DNA from: Vulcanimicrobiota bacterium | GTDB taxonomy: Bacteria; Vulcanimicrobiota; Vulcanimicrobiia; Vulcanimicrobiales; Vulcanimicrobiaceae | DNA length: 64,000 bases | Reading direction: 5' to 3' | NCBI GenBank assembly: GCA_963736475.1 | Contig: CAVTOQ010000007.1 | Location: 16,807 to 80,806 of the forward strand | Shown: piece by piece, positions 40,721-52,338 of the stretch | Position numbering within the stretch: the first letter of the stretch is position 1 | How the letters are laid out: every line of letters starts with the position of its first letter | Notes under the pieces: generated by a model | Told to the model about the DNA's origin: nothing | Database searches by the model: none | What the model saw: only the letters and a program-made list of their open reading frames with translations | Program-made: the position numbers and the translations under genes

Positions 40721-41568
40721 ATGGCCATACAGTCAATGCCCTTGGAGGACACGTTCGCCGACGTATTGCGCAAGGCGATGCGCGGCGCCGGCGTCAGCGA
40801 GAAGCAGCTCGCCGACGCGACCGGCATCTCCGCGCCGACGATCGCCGAATGGCTCAAGGAGAAGGGCGCCGCCGAACGACGCGCAGGCGCGCGAGGTCGC
40901 GAGCGTTCTGCGCCTGGACGCGGGAAAGCTCGCGGACAGCGCGGCCCAGCGCTGGGCGCCCCCGCACGATCGAGCTTCCCGACGTTCGCCGTCATCCGCA
41001 GGATCCGCACCCGAGCAACGGCTACGTCTTCTTCCTCGAGGGCGGCCGCACGGCCGCGCTCGTCGATCCCGCCGGCATTCCGCAGAACCTGCTCGCGCCT
41101 GTTGCGCGACGGCGACTACCATCTGCAGTACATCCTCGATCACGCACAAGCATGCCGATCACTGCGATGCGACGGCCGACGTCGCCACGGCATTTCCCGC
41201 AGGCGAAGATCGTGATGCACGCGCTCGACGTGCACGCCATCGGTTCGCTCGCGAGCAAGGCGACACTGCTGCGCGACGGCGAGACGCTTCCGTTCGGCGA
41301 GGGCGCGACGATCCGCATGCTGCACACGCCCGGACACACCGACGGCTCGCTCGTCTTACCTATTTCAAAGATGCGCTGTTTTCGGGAGATACGCTGTTCG
41401 CGGCCAGCGTCGGCGGGCGCGTTCGGCGACATCAGCACCTACGGCGACATCCTCAACAGCGTGCGGAGTAAGCTCTTCACGCTGCCCGACGACACCGTCG
41501 TCATGCCGGGTCACGGCCCGCCGACGACGATCGAGCTCGAAAAGCGGCACAACCCGTTCTTTCCGTAG
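40721..41568 (+). pseudogene. XRE-type HTH domain fused to an MBL-fold (glyoxalase II-like) hydrolase, frame-disrupted
   Basis: ATG 40721 gives MAIQSMPLEDTFADVLRKAMRGAGVSEKQLADATGISAPTIAEWLK. MBL motifs are THKHADH (in ORF 40629..41471), and HTPGHTDGS and VMPGHG (in ORF 40714..41568). Confidence 0.65.
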
Positions 41569-41578
41569 GCTAGGTTCT

Positions 41579-41854
41579 CTAATCGCGATAGAAGTACGGA
41601 TCGAGGACGGAGACGGCCGTCACGGCGTCGATCGGCAATCCGTTGCGCGTGGCGGCCTCGCGGATCGCGGCCTCGTTCGGGCCGTCGTAGATGCAGAATG
41701 TCTTCTTCTTGTCGGCCGAAACGTAGGAATGCACCCACGTGACGCCGTTTTCGGCGTTGCGTCCGACAACCGTCAGGCAGGCCTGGCTGCCGTCCTCGGT
41801 CGGTGGGATGTGCAACCCGTCGGGGAACGTGCGCTCGACCATGAACCTCGGCAT
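41579..41854 (-). CDS. DUF4242-like small protein
   Basis: Intact 91-aa ORF with a strong SD (GGAGGTGA) 5 nt before the ATG. The sequence MPRFMVERTF...TWVHSYVSADKKKTFCIYDGPNEAAIREAA matches the family pattern as I recall it. Confidence 0.7.
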   Translation of the reverse strand: MPRFMVERTFPDGLHIPPTEDGSQACLTVVGRNAENGVTWVHSYVSADKKKTFCIYDGPNEAAIREAATRNGLPIDAVTAVSVLDPYFYRD

Positions 41855-41944
41855 GAATCACCTCCGCAAAAGCCCTGCTCATGTGTGACAGAGCGACCCG
41901 GAGACCCTTGTAAGGACGAGGTTTTCGCCGAACGGTTGCGGTGA

Positions 41945-42322
41945 TTACCGGTAGGCGGCGGGAACCGTGACCGAAGCGCCGGCGCCCCCGCTGATCGTCG
42001 CGCCGCTCTGTTTCGGCGCGGCGTCGGACTCGCGGATCAGCTCGAACTGGAGAACGATCTGCCCGGAACGCGGGAGCAACGCGTCGATAGCGCTGCGGCG
42101 AACAGATCTTCGGCGTGCAGAACGCCGCGAGCCATCCCGCCGCGACGTCGGACGCCTCCAACCGGATCGTCGCGTTGGGCCGCCCGGTGACTTCGAGCCG
42201 ATACTTGGCCGCATTGGTGCTCGTCGTCTGCAAGTCCGCGCCGGTCCAGGGCTGGATGGCAAAGTGCGTAGCGGGCTGGGCGAGTGCGAGCAACATACGG
42301 CGGCGTAGAGGATTTGCATCAC
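41945..42322 (-). pseudogene. Hypothetical secreted protein, central part in another frame
   Basis: GTG 42322 overlaps the stop of the ABC-2 permease (GTGA). The ends are in ORF 41945..42322. The middle, LLALAQPATHFAIQPWTGADLQTTSTNAAKYRLEVTGRPNATIRLEASDVAAGWLAAFCTPKIC, is in ORF 41511..42341. Confidence 0.4.
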
Positions 42323-43066
42323 GTACGCAGCTTATACCCAATCGCCGTCATGCGCAACACGATTCCCAGCGCAACCGTGGCGAGCAGGACGATCATCGTA
42401 ACCGAAAATTCCGGCGCGAGGAAGCTTTGCCCCGTGTAGCTGCGGCGAAACGCGTCGATCGTATAGAAGATCGGATTGAACAAGTTCGAACGTCCGCAGC
42501 GGCGGCGGCAGCATCTTCGCGTCCGTGAAGACGCCGCCGACGAAGGTGAGCGGCGTGATGACGAACGTCGTGAGAATCGCGATGTGGTCGAACTTCTCGG
42601 CGATCAAGCCGAAGATCAGGCCGAGTGCCGAGAACAGGATCGAGACGAGCGCGATGACGCAGAGGTACAACGGCCAATCGTGCGGCGCGGTATGCACGAG
42701 GACGAGACCGAGTCGCGGTGATGAGCCCGGCGATGAGCAACGCGCGGGCCAGAGCTGCCCAGCACGTAGCCGGCGACGATCTCGCCCGCGGACATCGGCG
42801 CGATCAGCAGCTCCTGGATCGAGTTCATGAAGCGGCCCTGAAAGAGCGAGCTCGAGCACTCGCCGTACGACGCGTCGATGACTTGCAGCATGATCAGGCC
42901 CGGGATGAGAAACTGAGCGTATGTGACGCCCTGCATGCTCGGGATGCGGCTGCCGATCGCGAGCCCGAAGACGAAGACGTAGAGCAGCGTCGTGATGATC
43001 GGCGGCCAGATCACCTGGTTGATGATCTTGAGGCTGCGAATGATCTCGCGTTTGACCAGCGTCCAC
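42319..43066 (-). pseudogene. ABC-2 type transporter permease, frame-disrupted
   Basis: LWTLVKREIIRSLKIINQVIWPPIITTLLYVFVFG...FLIPGLIMLQV lies in ORF 42616..43512. Later TM segments are in ORF 42332..43066 and a third frame ending ...LRMTAIGYKLRT at TGA 42319-42321. The start is approximate. Confidence 0.65.
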
Positions 43067-43079
43067 AAGTCCGACGGTG

Positions 43080-43803
43080 TTAATTGCGCGTCAGCTCCAA
43101 GAAGACGTCCTGCAGCGAAGCCCCCTCGGCCACGAGCTCTTGCGTCGGCTTCTCCGTGACGATGCGGCCGTGCCGCACGATCGCGATGCGCCGGCAAAGC
43201 TCTTCGGCCTCCTCCAGATAATGCGTCGTGAGAAAGATCGTGAGCCCGTCTCCGTTGAGCGTCGCGCAGCCATCGCCACAGTTCGATGCGCAGCTCGACG
43301 TCGACGCCGGCGGTCGGCTCGTCGAGAATCAGCAGCTTCGGCTGATGAATCAACGCGCGCGCCAGCGACAGCCGCCGCTTCTGGCCGCCCGAGATCTTCG
43401 TGTACTCGAGATGCGCGTGCGACGTGAGTCCGAACCGCTCGAGCAGCATGTCGGCGCGTTCGGCCACCGCCTTCCCGCGCAATCCGTAATAGCCCGCGGC
43501 AAAGATCAGCACGTCGCGAATCGAGAGGTAGCGGTCGAAGTTATACTCCTGCGGCGAGAGGCCGACCAGCCGGCGCGCCTGCCGCCATTCGTGCTCGTTA
43601 TCGTGATCCGAAGATGCGAATGCTGCCGGACGCTCTTGCGCGCCAGGCCGACGATCGCGTTGATCGTCGTGGTCTTGCCCGCACCGTTGGGCCCGAGAAA
43701 ACCGAAAAATTCGCCCGCGGCGAACGCGCAGCGAGATTCCGTCGACGGCCGTGAACGCGCCGTAGCGCTTGACCAGCCGGTCGACTTCGATCGCGGGCGC
43801 TAG
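43080..43803 (-). pseudogene. ABC transporter ATP-binding protein, frame-disrupted; no canonical start seen
   Basis: It reads AIEVDRLVKRYGAFTAVDGISL, with Walker A GPNGAGKTT, signature ISGGQKRRLSLA and Walker B LLILDEPTAGVD. It ends LQDVFLELTRN at TAA 43080-43082. Pieces lie in ORFs 43598..44242 and 42616..43512 plus a third frame. Confidence 0.75.
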
Positions 43804-43815
43804 CGAGTTGCCGGG

Positions 43816-44552
43816 CTATGGAATGAAACTCTTCAATCCTTTGTACCGATGACGGCGCAGGGTAGCGATCAGCTCTGCACTCTCCGGAATCCCGCAAGCG
43901 GCCAGTTGGGTTGCAACCCGCTTCGTATCGAACGCGACGCGCCGGTGCTTGACCTGCCAGCCGCCATCGCGCTCGGTAAGAATCGCGTAGCAAGCGCGCG
44001 GATCGCCGTCTTTCGGCAAGCCGGCCGAAGCGACGTTCACGAGCAGCTTTCCGCGCCACATGCGAACGTACGGAAGGTGCAGGTGGCCGAACGCGATCGC
44101 CGCCGCGGGCTCGTCGCCGATCAGGCGCCGCAGGACGGCATTCGTCGGCATCCGGCCAGAGGTGCTCGTCGTCGGTCTTGGGATTCGCGTGAACGACGAG
44201 CAGTTGGTTGTCGTCTTCACCGATCCGCAGCGCAAACGGCAACGCCTGGCAGCCACGACCGCCAACGCTCGCCGAGCTCGTTGCGCGTCCAGGCGATCTG
44301 CGCGCGCTCCGCCGGCGGTCGAACGTTTCGTTCGAGTCTGCTTCGCGCGATATAGCGATCGGTGTTGCCGCGCACGCACGCCGCGCCGATCTCTTCGAGG
44401 CGCTGAAGCACCTTCTTCGGCTTCGGCCCGTCGAGGCACAGGTCGCCGGCCGCGACGATCGCTTCCGCGCCGCCTTGAGACGCGAGGTCCGCTAGACAGG
44501 CATCGAGCGCGAGGAGATTGCCGTGAATGTCGGAGAGGACGGCGATTCGCAT
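43816..44552 (-). pseudogene. Metallophosphoesterase (YfcE/MJ0936-like), frame-disrupted
   Basis: MRIAVLSDIHGNLLAL, AAGDL and RGNTD lie in ORF 44217..44552. VVHANP lies in ORF 43598..44242. FGHLHLPYV and the tail lie in ORF 43816..44883. Confidence 0.7.
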
Positions 44553-44563
44553 CGTCGCCGAGT

Positions 44564-45365
44564 TCAGTCGCGCCGCAGGACGAGGGCAACATCGACGGCG
44601 TGATGCCGACCTTGGTGAAGTCGTACAGATCGATCGCTTCGACGACGATGCCGGCGCGCCGCATGATCGAGAGCGCCGTGCGATAGCGAATGTCCGCGAT
44701 CACGTGATGCTCGCCCAAGCACAGCACGCCGGCGCCCAGTTCCTCGCCCGCGTCGAGAACGATCGTCTTGAAAGCCGGCGAAGGCGCGAGCATCGACCTT
44801 GTCCGGCGCCGAGCACGATCGTATCCGGCGCAACGGCAGCGGCGACCGAGCGCAGCGCCGGCACGCCGGGCGCGAGCTTGCACCTCGACGACGCGGTACC
44901 CATGACTGCGCGCGAGCTTCGGCGAAACCGCGGCGTCCCAGCTCGTTTCCGCGCGCGCCGACGCCGACGAACGCCGTATCGCCCGCCAACATAACGTCGT
45001 TGCCGTCGAGCAGTCCCGGCGCCGCGATGTGACCCGCGATCGGAATGTCGATTCGCGCGAACTCCGACTCCATCCGATCGACTTCGCCGCGGCGCGACAA
45101 GGCGCTGAGGCGCATCATCACGGCGCCGTCGTCGAACGCGACCGCGGCATCGCCGGCGGCGGCTTCGTACGGATCGTCGCGTGCGGATCGAAAACGGCGA
45201 CCTCGACGCCAAAATACTCAGGGTCTTGCGCAGGACGCGTGCTGCTCGAGCGCCCGGGCGTAGACGGCGCCCGGCTCGCCGGCCAGCGGCATTGGCTTTC
45301 TCGATTGCCTGCGTCGGCCTCACCAGGACCGCGGCGCGCAGACGTCCGGTCGGGCGTCACGACAA
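44564..45365 (-). pseudogene. Amidinotransferase-fold protein (dimethylarginine dimethylaminohydrolase-like), heavily frame-disrupted
   Basis: Fragments are GVEVAVFDPH, VMMRLSALSRRGEV...IAAPGLLDGNDVMLAGDTAFVGVGARGN, and TIVLDAGEELGAGVLCLGEHHVIADIRY...EAIDLYDFTKVG. They lie in ORFs 45118..45360, 44564..45121 and 43816..44883. The family call is tentative. Confidence 0.5.
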
Positions 45366-45380
45366 GGCGCGGTCCGAAAC

Positions 45381-47786
45381 TCAGCGCGGTCGATGGGCGG
45401 TCATCGGCGCCGGCTGTACGGCTCCGGCGCCGGCGCGCTGGTAAAGAACGCGCTCATGTCGGATGCGAGCAGATCGTTCGAGCGACAGCGGCGGCAGGCC
45501 GAAGATCTCTTCTTCGGTCTTGACGACGCTCGCCGCGCTAAGGTGCGCGTCGCCGACGTAGCCGCGCCGCGCGAGCGGCGAAACGACGAGCGCGTAGCTG
45601 CGCATGGCATTAACGTGGTCGACCGCAGGGCTCTCCAAACCCTCCGGGACGACGAAGATCGCCGTCGAGCTCCAGTGCGGCGTGTGCGAGACGTAGTCGA
45701 CGATCTTGCCGAGCGCGCGATCGGCGTCGCGGACGCTCGCCGAGTCGGCGCCCGTCGGCAGCCAGACGTACGTGAAGCTCGGCACGCGATCCGCCTGCAC
45801 GTAGCGCTGCATGTCGCGCACGAACTCGCTGCGCGCGCGTCGCGTCGTCGATCTTCGGGTTCCAGCCGCATAGTCGAGATCGACGTTGCCGTCGAGCGCG
45901 GCCAGCGCCGGAACGTTAAGGTGATACGCGGTGCCGTCGTATCCCGAGAGGCGCAGCAGCCCACCGTAGTCGCGGAAGGTACAGCCCGGCGCGCGCGAAC
46001 GCGTTGAACAGATAGCCCGTGCGCGCGTAGTCTTCGGGATCGGCGCCGTGGTCGTCCATCGGGCGCGCGCGCCGCTCCGGCCGCGGCGGTCAGCTGCGGG
46101 TAGAGCGTCGCATCGCCGGCGGTCGCAAACTGCTTCGCGATGTCGAGGTCCGCATCGGAGGCGTAAAAGTTATCGGCGAGCGCGTACGTCGCGCGCCAGC
46201 GCGTGAAGGTTCGGCGTAACGCTTTCGGCGATAGCGACTCAGCGACGACGTCGCCGTTGCCGTGCGCCGCGCCCGCATCGTCCTTGAGATCGCCGAGCAT
46301 CGCGTCGTAGCTTTGCGTCCCGACGGCGATATAGACGACGTGATCGATCGCATCGCTGCGCTTGTTCGAGCGCAGCGGCGGAATCACGGGATTGAATTGC
46401 GCTATGCGCGGCGTCCGATTGAAGCGCAGCGCGGCGAGCGTGGCCTTGACGAGCGACGTGTGCTTGAGATCGATTCGTTGGAGGATTCCCCAGCCATCGA
46501 CGCCCTTGCCGGCGACGACGTACAGATAGCGGCCGTCGCGCGATAGCGCGACGCGCGGTCGGATACCACGCGGTGGGGATGAGCCCGTAGCGATAGCGGG
46601 TCGGCTTGCGCGCGTCGAGCACCGCGACGGCATTGAGGCCGGCGAGCGCGACGTAGAGGCGCTTGCCGTCCGGGCTGAGCGCCTCCGCGCTCGGCTGCGC
46701 GCCGTATGGTGCGCCGGGATAGAGTCGAAGGTCGAGGCCTCGCGCGACGCGCGGCGCGCCGGTCAGGTCGACGACCGCGATGCGGTCGACATTGGCGAGT
46801 GCGACGTACGCGTAGCGGCCGTCGCGGCTCGACGCCGTCGCATCCGGGGACGGCGCCGCCCACGATCTGGGTGCCGTCCGGCGCGGGATCCATGCGGACA
46901 GCGGCGGGATCGCCGATCGCATTCGAACCGCCGAGAGCGAGAACGGTGAGCGAGGACGAGCGCGACGGATCGAACGCCGGCGCGGCAAAGCGCGGACGGA
47001 TGGCCGGCGGCACGATCGCGCTGTAGCTCGAGAGACCGCTGCCGGTCGCCAGAACCGCGGCTCTGCCGGCGGCCACGTAAAAGGGAAAGTCGCCGACGGG
47101 CACCGATCGCTGGACCGTGCGCGTCGCGAGATCGATCGTGATGACGGCATCGCCTGAGATTATCGGCGACAAACGCGGTGCGGCCGTCCGGCGCGATGGC
47201 GATGCCGGCCGGAAACGCGCGACGGCTGCCCTGCGCCGGTAACGCGATCGGTCTGCGCTTCGGGCGTGAGCTGGCCCGCTGTCGTCGAGATCGTAGACGC
47301 GCACGACGCCGGCGCGCGCCGTCGGACGCGAGCACGATCGTGCGCGACGCATCGTTCGGATCGCGCGCAGCCGCGACGCCCATGAAGAACGACGCTGCCG
47401 CGATCGTGATAGACGCTGGCGATTTTCATGCTGCGGCGTATCGACGACGGCGAGCGAGTAGCCGCGCACTAACGATCCATCCGAAGCCAAGCGTCAGTCG
47501 TCGCGGAGCCGTTGCCGTCGTTGGACACAATGGCAAATCGCCCGTCCGGCGAAAGCGCCAGCCCGAGCGGATCGCTCCGACGAACAGGCTTTCGCCTACC
47601 GGCGCCGCGATGCGGCCGTTCGGCAGGATCGCGCTCGTCGGGTGGATCGCGATCGGCGCCGGTCGGGCGGATGCCGGCCGGTGCGGAATAGACGATCAGC
47701 GGAGCCGGGCGCGGCCCGGCACCCAATAAAACGGCGCCCAACAGCGCCGCTGCAAATAGCTCTAAACGACACGGGAGGTATGGCAT
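45381..47786 (-). pseudogene. Bifunctional YncE-like beta-propeller / phosphoesterase-family secreted protein, many frame disruptions
   Basis: ATG 47786 gives the signal MPYLPCRLELFAAALLGAVLLGAG. Units of the type LSPDG(K/R).(L/A)YV recur through 46.4-47.6 kb. The C-terminal phosphoesterase-type part (DHVVYIAVG..., FTYVWLPT..., IFVVPEG) lies in ORFs 45401..46633 and 45381..45821. Confidence 0.65.
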
Positions 47787-47834
47787 TACCAGGACGGTCG
47801 CGCGTACCCTGCCGGCAGGGCGGCGCGGCGCTCG

Positions 47835-48887
47835 ATGAATCCGGAAGCTCGCGTGCTCGCGGTCGCGACCGCGGTTCCCCCGTACGAGCTCGGTCAAGCG
47901 GAGGTGATGCGACGCATCGAGCTCGCGCTCGGGCCGCGTTCCCGCGAGATCGTGCGGCTGCTTCCAATGTTCGGCAACACCGGCATCGATCGCCGCTACT
48001 CCTGCGTGCCGATCGAGTGGTACGAGGACCTGCATGCGTGGCCGGAGCGCAATCGCGTCTATCTCGACTCCGCGCTCGAACTGCTCGAAGCGGCGACGCG
48101 TGCGCGTGCTGGCCGCCGCGGGTCGCGGCGTCGACGAGATCGACGCCATCGTCGCGGTATCGACGACCGGCATCGCGACGCCGAGCTTGGATGCGCTGCT
48201 CATGGAGCGCATGCGGCTGCGCCGCAACGTCCGGCGGCTGCCGATCTTCGGACTCGGCTGCGCGGGCGGCGCGATCGGCTTGTCGCGCGCCGCCGCGATG
48301 GCTCGCAACGACCCCGGCTCGCTCGTGCTGTTCCTCGTCGTCGAGCTGTGCGCGCTCTGCTTTCGCCGCGACGATTTCACCAAGAGCAATATCGTTGCGA
48401 CCGCGCTCTTCGGCGACGGCGCGGCGGCCGCGCTGATTTCCAGCGAAGGCGCCGGCGCGCGCATCACCGGCGGCGGCGAATACACGTGGCCCGACTCGCT
48501 CGACGTCATGGGCTGGGACGTCACGCAGGAGGGCCTGAAGGCGATTTTCTCGCGCGACATCCCGGAGCTCGTCACGACCAAACTGCACGACGTGGCCGTC
48601 ACGTTTCTCGCCGAGCACGGCTTGACGCTGCGCGATATCGACGCATTCGTCTGCCATCCCGGCGGAGCGAAAGTGCTCGATGCGCTCGAGGTGGCGTTCG
48701 AGCTCGAGCCTGGCACGCTCGTGACGGCGCGCGACGTACTGCGCGACTACGGCAACATGTCGGCCGCGACCGTGATGTTCGTCCTGGAGCGTACGCTCGG
48801 CGACTCGCAGCCGTGGCGCCGCGCGCTGGTCAGCGCGCTCGGGCCGGGCTTCACGGCCGGCTTCACGCTGCTCGACCAACGACGTGA
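47835..48887 (+). pseudogene. Type III polyketide synthase (chalcone/stilbene synthase family), two frame changes (out near 48100, back near 48870)
   Basis: The N-terminus is in ORF 47835..48887. The core in ORF 48034..49143 carries the catalytic Cys (FGLGCAGGA), His (VCHPGGAKVLD) and Asn (YGNMSAATV). Stop TGA 48885-48887 overlaps the next gene's GTG. Confidence 0.85.
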
Positions 48888-49390
48888 GCATCCTGTGGAT
48901 CGTTCTCGCGCTCGTCGCGCTGCAGCGACTCGTCGAGCTGTTCTACTCCAACGCGCAACACGCGCCGATTGCTCGCAAGCGGCGGCGTGGAGACGGGAGC
49001 CATGCAGTATCCGTTTATCGTACTGCTGCACGCGGCGTGGCTCGTCAGCATGGCCGTTCTCATACCGCCTCAAACGCCGCCCGAATTGGTGGCTCCTCGG
49101 GCCTCTATGCGGCGCTGCAGCCGCTGCGAGCTGTGGACGATAGCGACCCTCGGACCGATACTGGACGACGCGCATCATCAGCGTGCCGGGCGCGCCGCTC
49201 GTCCGCGGCGGCCCGTACCGTTTCGTGCGCCATCCGAACTACGTCGATCGTCTGCGCGGAGATCGCCCTTCTGCCGCTCGCGTTCGGCGCGGTCGAGATC
49301 GCGATCGTCTTTTCGATCCTCAACGCATCGCTGCTCTCGTGGCGCATCCGAGTGGAAGAACGCACGCTGACGACGCGGAGAAGTTCGTAG
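48884..49390 (+). pseudogene. Isoprenylcysteine carboxyl methyltransferase (ICMT)-family membrane methyltransferase, frame-disrupted
   Basis: GTG 48884 gives MSILWIVLALVALQRLVELFYS. PGAPLVRGGPYRFVRHPNY lies in ORF 49183..49431. The tail CAEIALLPLAFGAVEIAIVFSILNASLLSWRIRVEERTL lies in ORF 48884..49390. Confidence 0.65.
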
Positions 49391-49399
49391 CGTCCGAGT

Positions 49400-50870
49400 C
49401 GCGGGCTGAGCAGGATGCACTGGGAGACTGAGTTTTGCAAACGCGCGTCCCAGGCGCGCGACACCTTCGTTCGCCTCTTCGATGCCAGGTCGCCGAAGGA
49501 AAGGCGCAGCGCGGGCGGCCCGCTGCGCGTCGGATAGAACGGCTCCGACGGCATCACCAGCACGCCCTCGCGCGCACATGCGTCGAAGGCCGCCTGCGTC
49601 GAGATGCGCGGCGGCAGCGGGAGCCACACGTTGACGCCGGCGCCGGGCGAATGCGCTTCGGTCCAGATTGCAACGCGCGATAACGCCTCGACGAACGCGT
49701 CGCGGCGGTTGCGGTAGAGCGCGCGCGTCGCGCGCAAATGGCGCTGATATGCGGGGCTGTCCATGAACCGCCACAGCGCTCGCTGCGTGAGGGTCGAGGT
49801 AAAGACGTCGGCACGGACCTTCGCTGCCTCGAGCGCTTCGGCGATGCCGCCCTTAGCGTAGAGATAGCCGATCCGCAGTGCCGGGAAGATCGACTTCGAG
49901 ATGCTCTCCATCAAGATGACGCGTCCGTCCGTATCGTGTGCGGCGAGCGGCGGGGGCGCCGGCGCATCGTAAGTCAGCTGCCAGCCGGTTTGATCCTCGA
50001 GCACTACGACGTCGTAGCGCCGCGCCAGCGCGACGATCTGTTTCGCGCGCCGGCCGGCAGCACGGCGCCCGTCGGATTTTGCCGCGACGGATTCACATAG
50101 AACAGGCGCGGGCGGTACTCGGCGAAAACACGCTCGACGTCGTCGGCGCGCACGCCGTCCGCGTCGCTGCGGACCTCGACATACGTCACGCCCCGCGCGT
50201 CGAATACGCCCAGGCTGCCCCAGTACGTCGGGCTCTCGCTCGCGACGACGCTGCGGTCGTCGAGCAGGACGACCGTCGCGACGATATCCGCGGCCTGCTG
50301 CGCGCCCGAGCAGACGATGATGTCGACCGGCTCCGCGCCGCATCCCCGTCGGCGCAGGAACGAGGCGAGCCGCGCGCACAGCTCGGGATCGCCGGTCGAG
50401 GAGCGATACTGCATCACCTCGGGCGAGTCGTCGAGCAGCGTGCGATGGAACGCCCGCGCGAAATCGTGCAGCGGGAAGGTCTCGGGCGCGGGATGACCGC
50501 TCGCGAGACTGATCGCCCCCGGCTCCGTCGCGTGCGTCAGGCGTTCCATCACGCCCTCGAGGCGCGCGGCGCGCGTGAAGCGTCCCACATCCGGTTCCCA
50601 GCGCCGCGCGAAGGGCTCCCGCGAGGCGGCGGCTGTGCGACGAACGTGCCCTTCCCCGGCCGCGCGACCACGCGGCCGCGCGCCGCGAGCAGCTCGTATG
50701 CCTGCGAGACCGTGACGAGCGCGCAACCGAGAGCGCGCGCCAACTCGCGCATCGGTGGGAGACGATTGCCGGGGACGACGGAATCGTGCTCCATCGCATC
50801 GACGATGCGGTCGGCGAGCTGCACGTAGAGTGGGCGCGGGTCGCTCGGTTCGAGCTTCAGCGATTCGAAG
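49400..50870 (-). pseudogene. MocR/PdxR-type regulator (GntR wHTH plus class I aminotransferase-like domain), frame-disrupted; both ends approximate
   Basis: The wHTH is PLYVQLADRI...LPPMRELARALGCALVTVSQAYELL. The aminotransferase part carries NPSRQNPTG and the PLP-Lys motif SISKSIFPALRIGY. Pieces are spread over ORFs 50549..50824, 50004..50726, 49105..50799 and 49178..49774. Confidence 0.7.
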
Positions 50871-50885
50871 AGCGCGTCGAAGCTC

Positions 50886-52338
50886 TCAGACGTTTGCGCT
50901 GAGGTCCTCTCCTTGGTCTTTGGTTGGTATGCGTCGCGCGACGCCGTCCTCCACGGCCGCCGCCGCGACGGCCTTGGCCACCGCGTCCACCACGCGCGGA
51001 TCGAAAACGCTGGGGATTACGTACTCCGGACTGAGCTCCGACTCGGTGACGATCTCGGCGATCGCATACGCCGCCGCCAGCTTCATGGCGTCGGTGATGC
51101 GCCGCGCGCGCACGTCGAGCGCGCCGCGGAATATGCCGGGAAACGCGAGCAGGTTGTTCACTTGATTCGGAAAGTCCGAGCGGCCGGTGGCGATGACGGC
51201 CGCGACCGGCGCCGCGACGTCGGGCATGATCTCCGGCGTCGGGTTGGCCATCGCGAAGACGATCGGGTCGCGCGCCATCTGCGCGATGTGCTCGGGCTGC
51301 AAGATGCCCGGGGCGGAGACGCCGATGAACACGTCGGTGCCCTCGAGCACGTCGCGCAGCGAGCCGCGGCGGTTCTCGCGATTGCTGTGCTCCGCGAGCC
51401 ACCGCCAGTGCGGATTCTCGTAGCGATCCGTGCGGTTGAGCGCGCCGCCGCGATCGACCGGAATCACGTCGCTTCACGCCCGCGCCGAGCAGCATCTTGA
51501 TCGTCGCGGTGCCCGCCGCACCGCTGCCCGATACGACGACCCGCAGGTCCGACAGCGGCTTGCCCACGACGCGCGCCGCGTTGATCAGCGCGGCCAGGAT
51601 GACGACGGCCGTGCCGTGCTGATCGTCGTGCATCACCGGAATGTCGAGCGCCTCGATCAGGCGGTCTTCGATCTCGAAGCAGCGCGGCGCGCTAACGTCT
51701 TCGAAGTTGATGCCGCCGAACACCGGCGCGATGCGCACGACCGTCTCAACGATCTCGTCGACGTCTTTGGTGTCGAGGCAGATCGGAAACGCGTCGATGT
51801 CGGCGAACTGCTTGAACAGCATCGCCTTGCCTTCCATCACCGGCAGCGCGCCGAGCGGCCCGATGTCGCCGAGACCGAGCACGGCGGTGCCGTCGGTGAC
51901 GACCGCGACCGTGTTGCGCTTGATGGTCAGCTGGAAGGCCTTGCTCGGATCCGCGGCGATCGCCATCGAAACGCGCGCGACGCCAGGCGTGTAGACAGTC
52001 GAAAGGTCCTGGCGGTTTTTCACGGCGATCTTCGGATCGATGCGAATCTTGCCGCCGACGTGCGCGAGGAACGTCGAGTCGTTTGCGAAGATGATGCGCG
52101 CGCCGTCGATCGCTTCGACGGCGCGGCGCAAATCGTTGGCGACGAGGTCCGACGCGACGCCGATCGTCACGTCGCGGACGACGCGGCCCTTCGCGACCGA
52201 GTGCATGTCGACCGCGCTGATCGTCCCGCCGGCATCGCCGATGGCGTTGGCGAGCACGCCGAACGCCCCAGGCTCGTTCGGCATGTCGATGCGTAGGATC
52301 AGGGTTAGCGCGATGGCTGGTTGTGTGATCATGTTCAA
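50886..52338 (-). pseudogene. NAD(P)-dependent malic enzyme with N-terminal ACT-like domain, one frame change near 51470
   Basis: ORF 50857..52338 carries the ACT-like LTLILRIDMPNEPGAFGVLANAIGDAGG, then VVTDGTAVLGLGDIGP, HDDQHGTAVV and VVSGSGAAGTA. The C-terminal part is in ORF 50886..51467 (FAMANPTPEI, NNLLAFPGIFRGALD). Confidence 0.85.
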
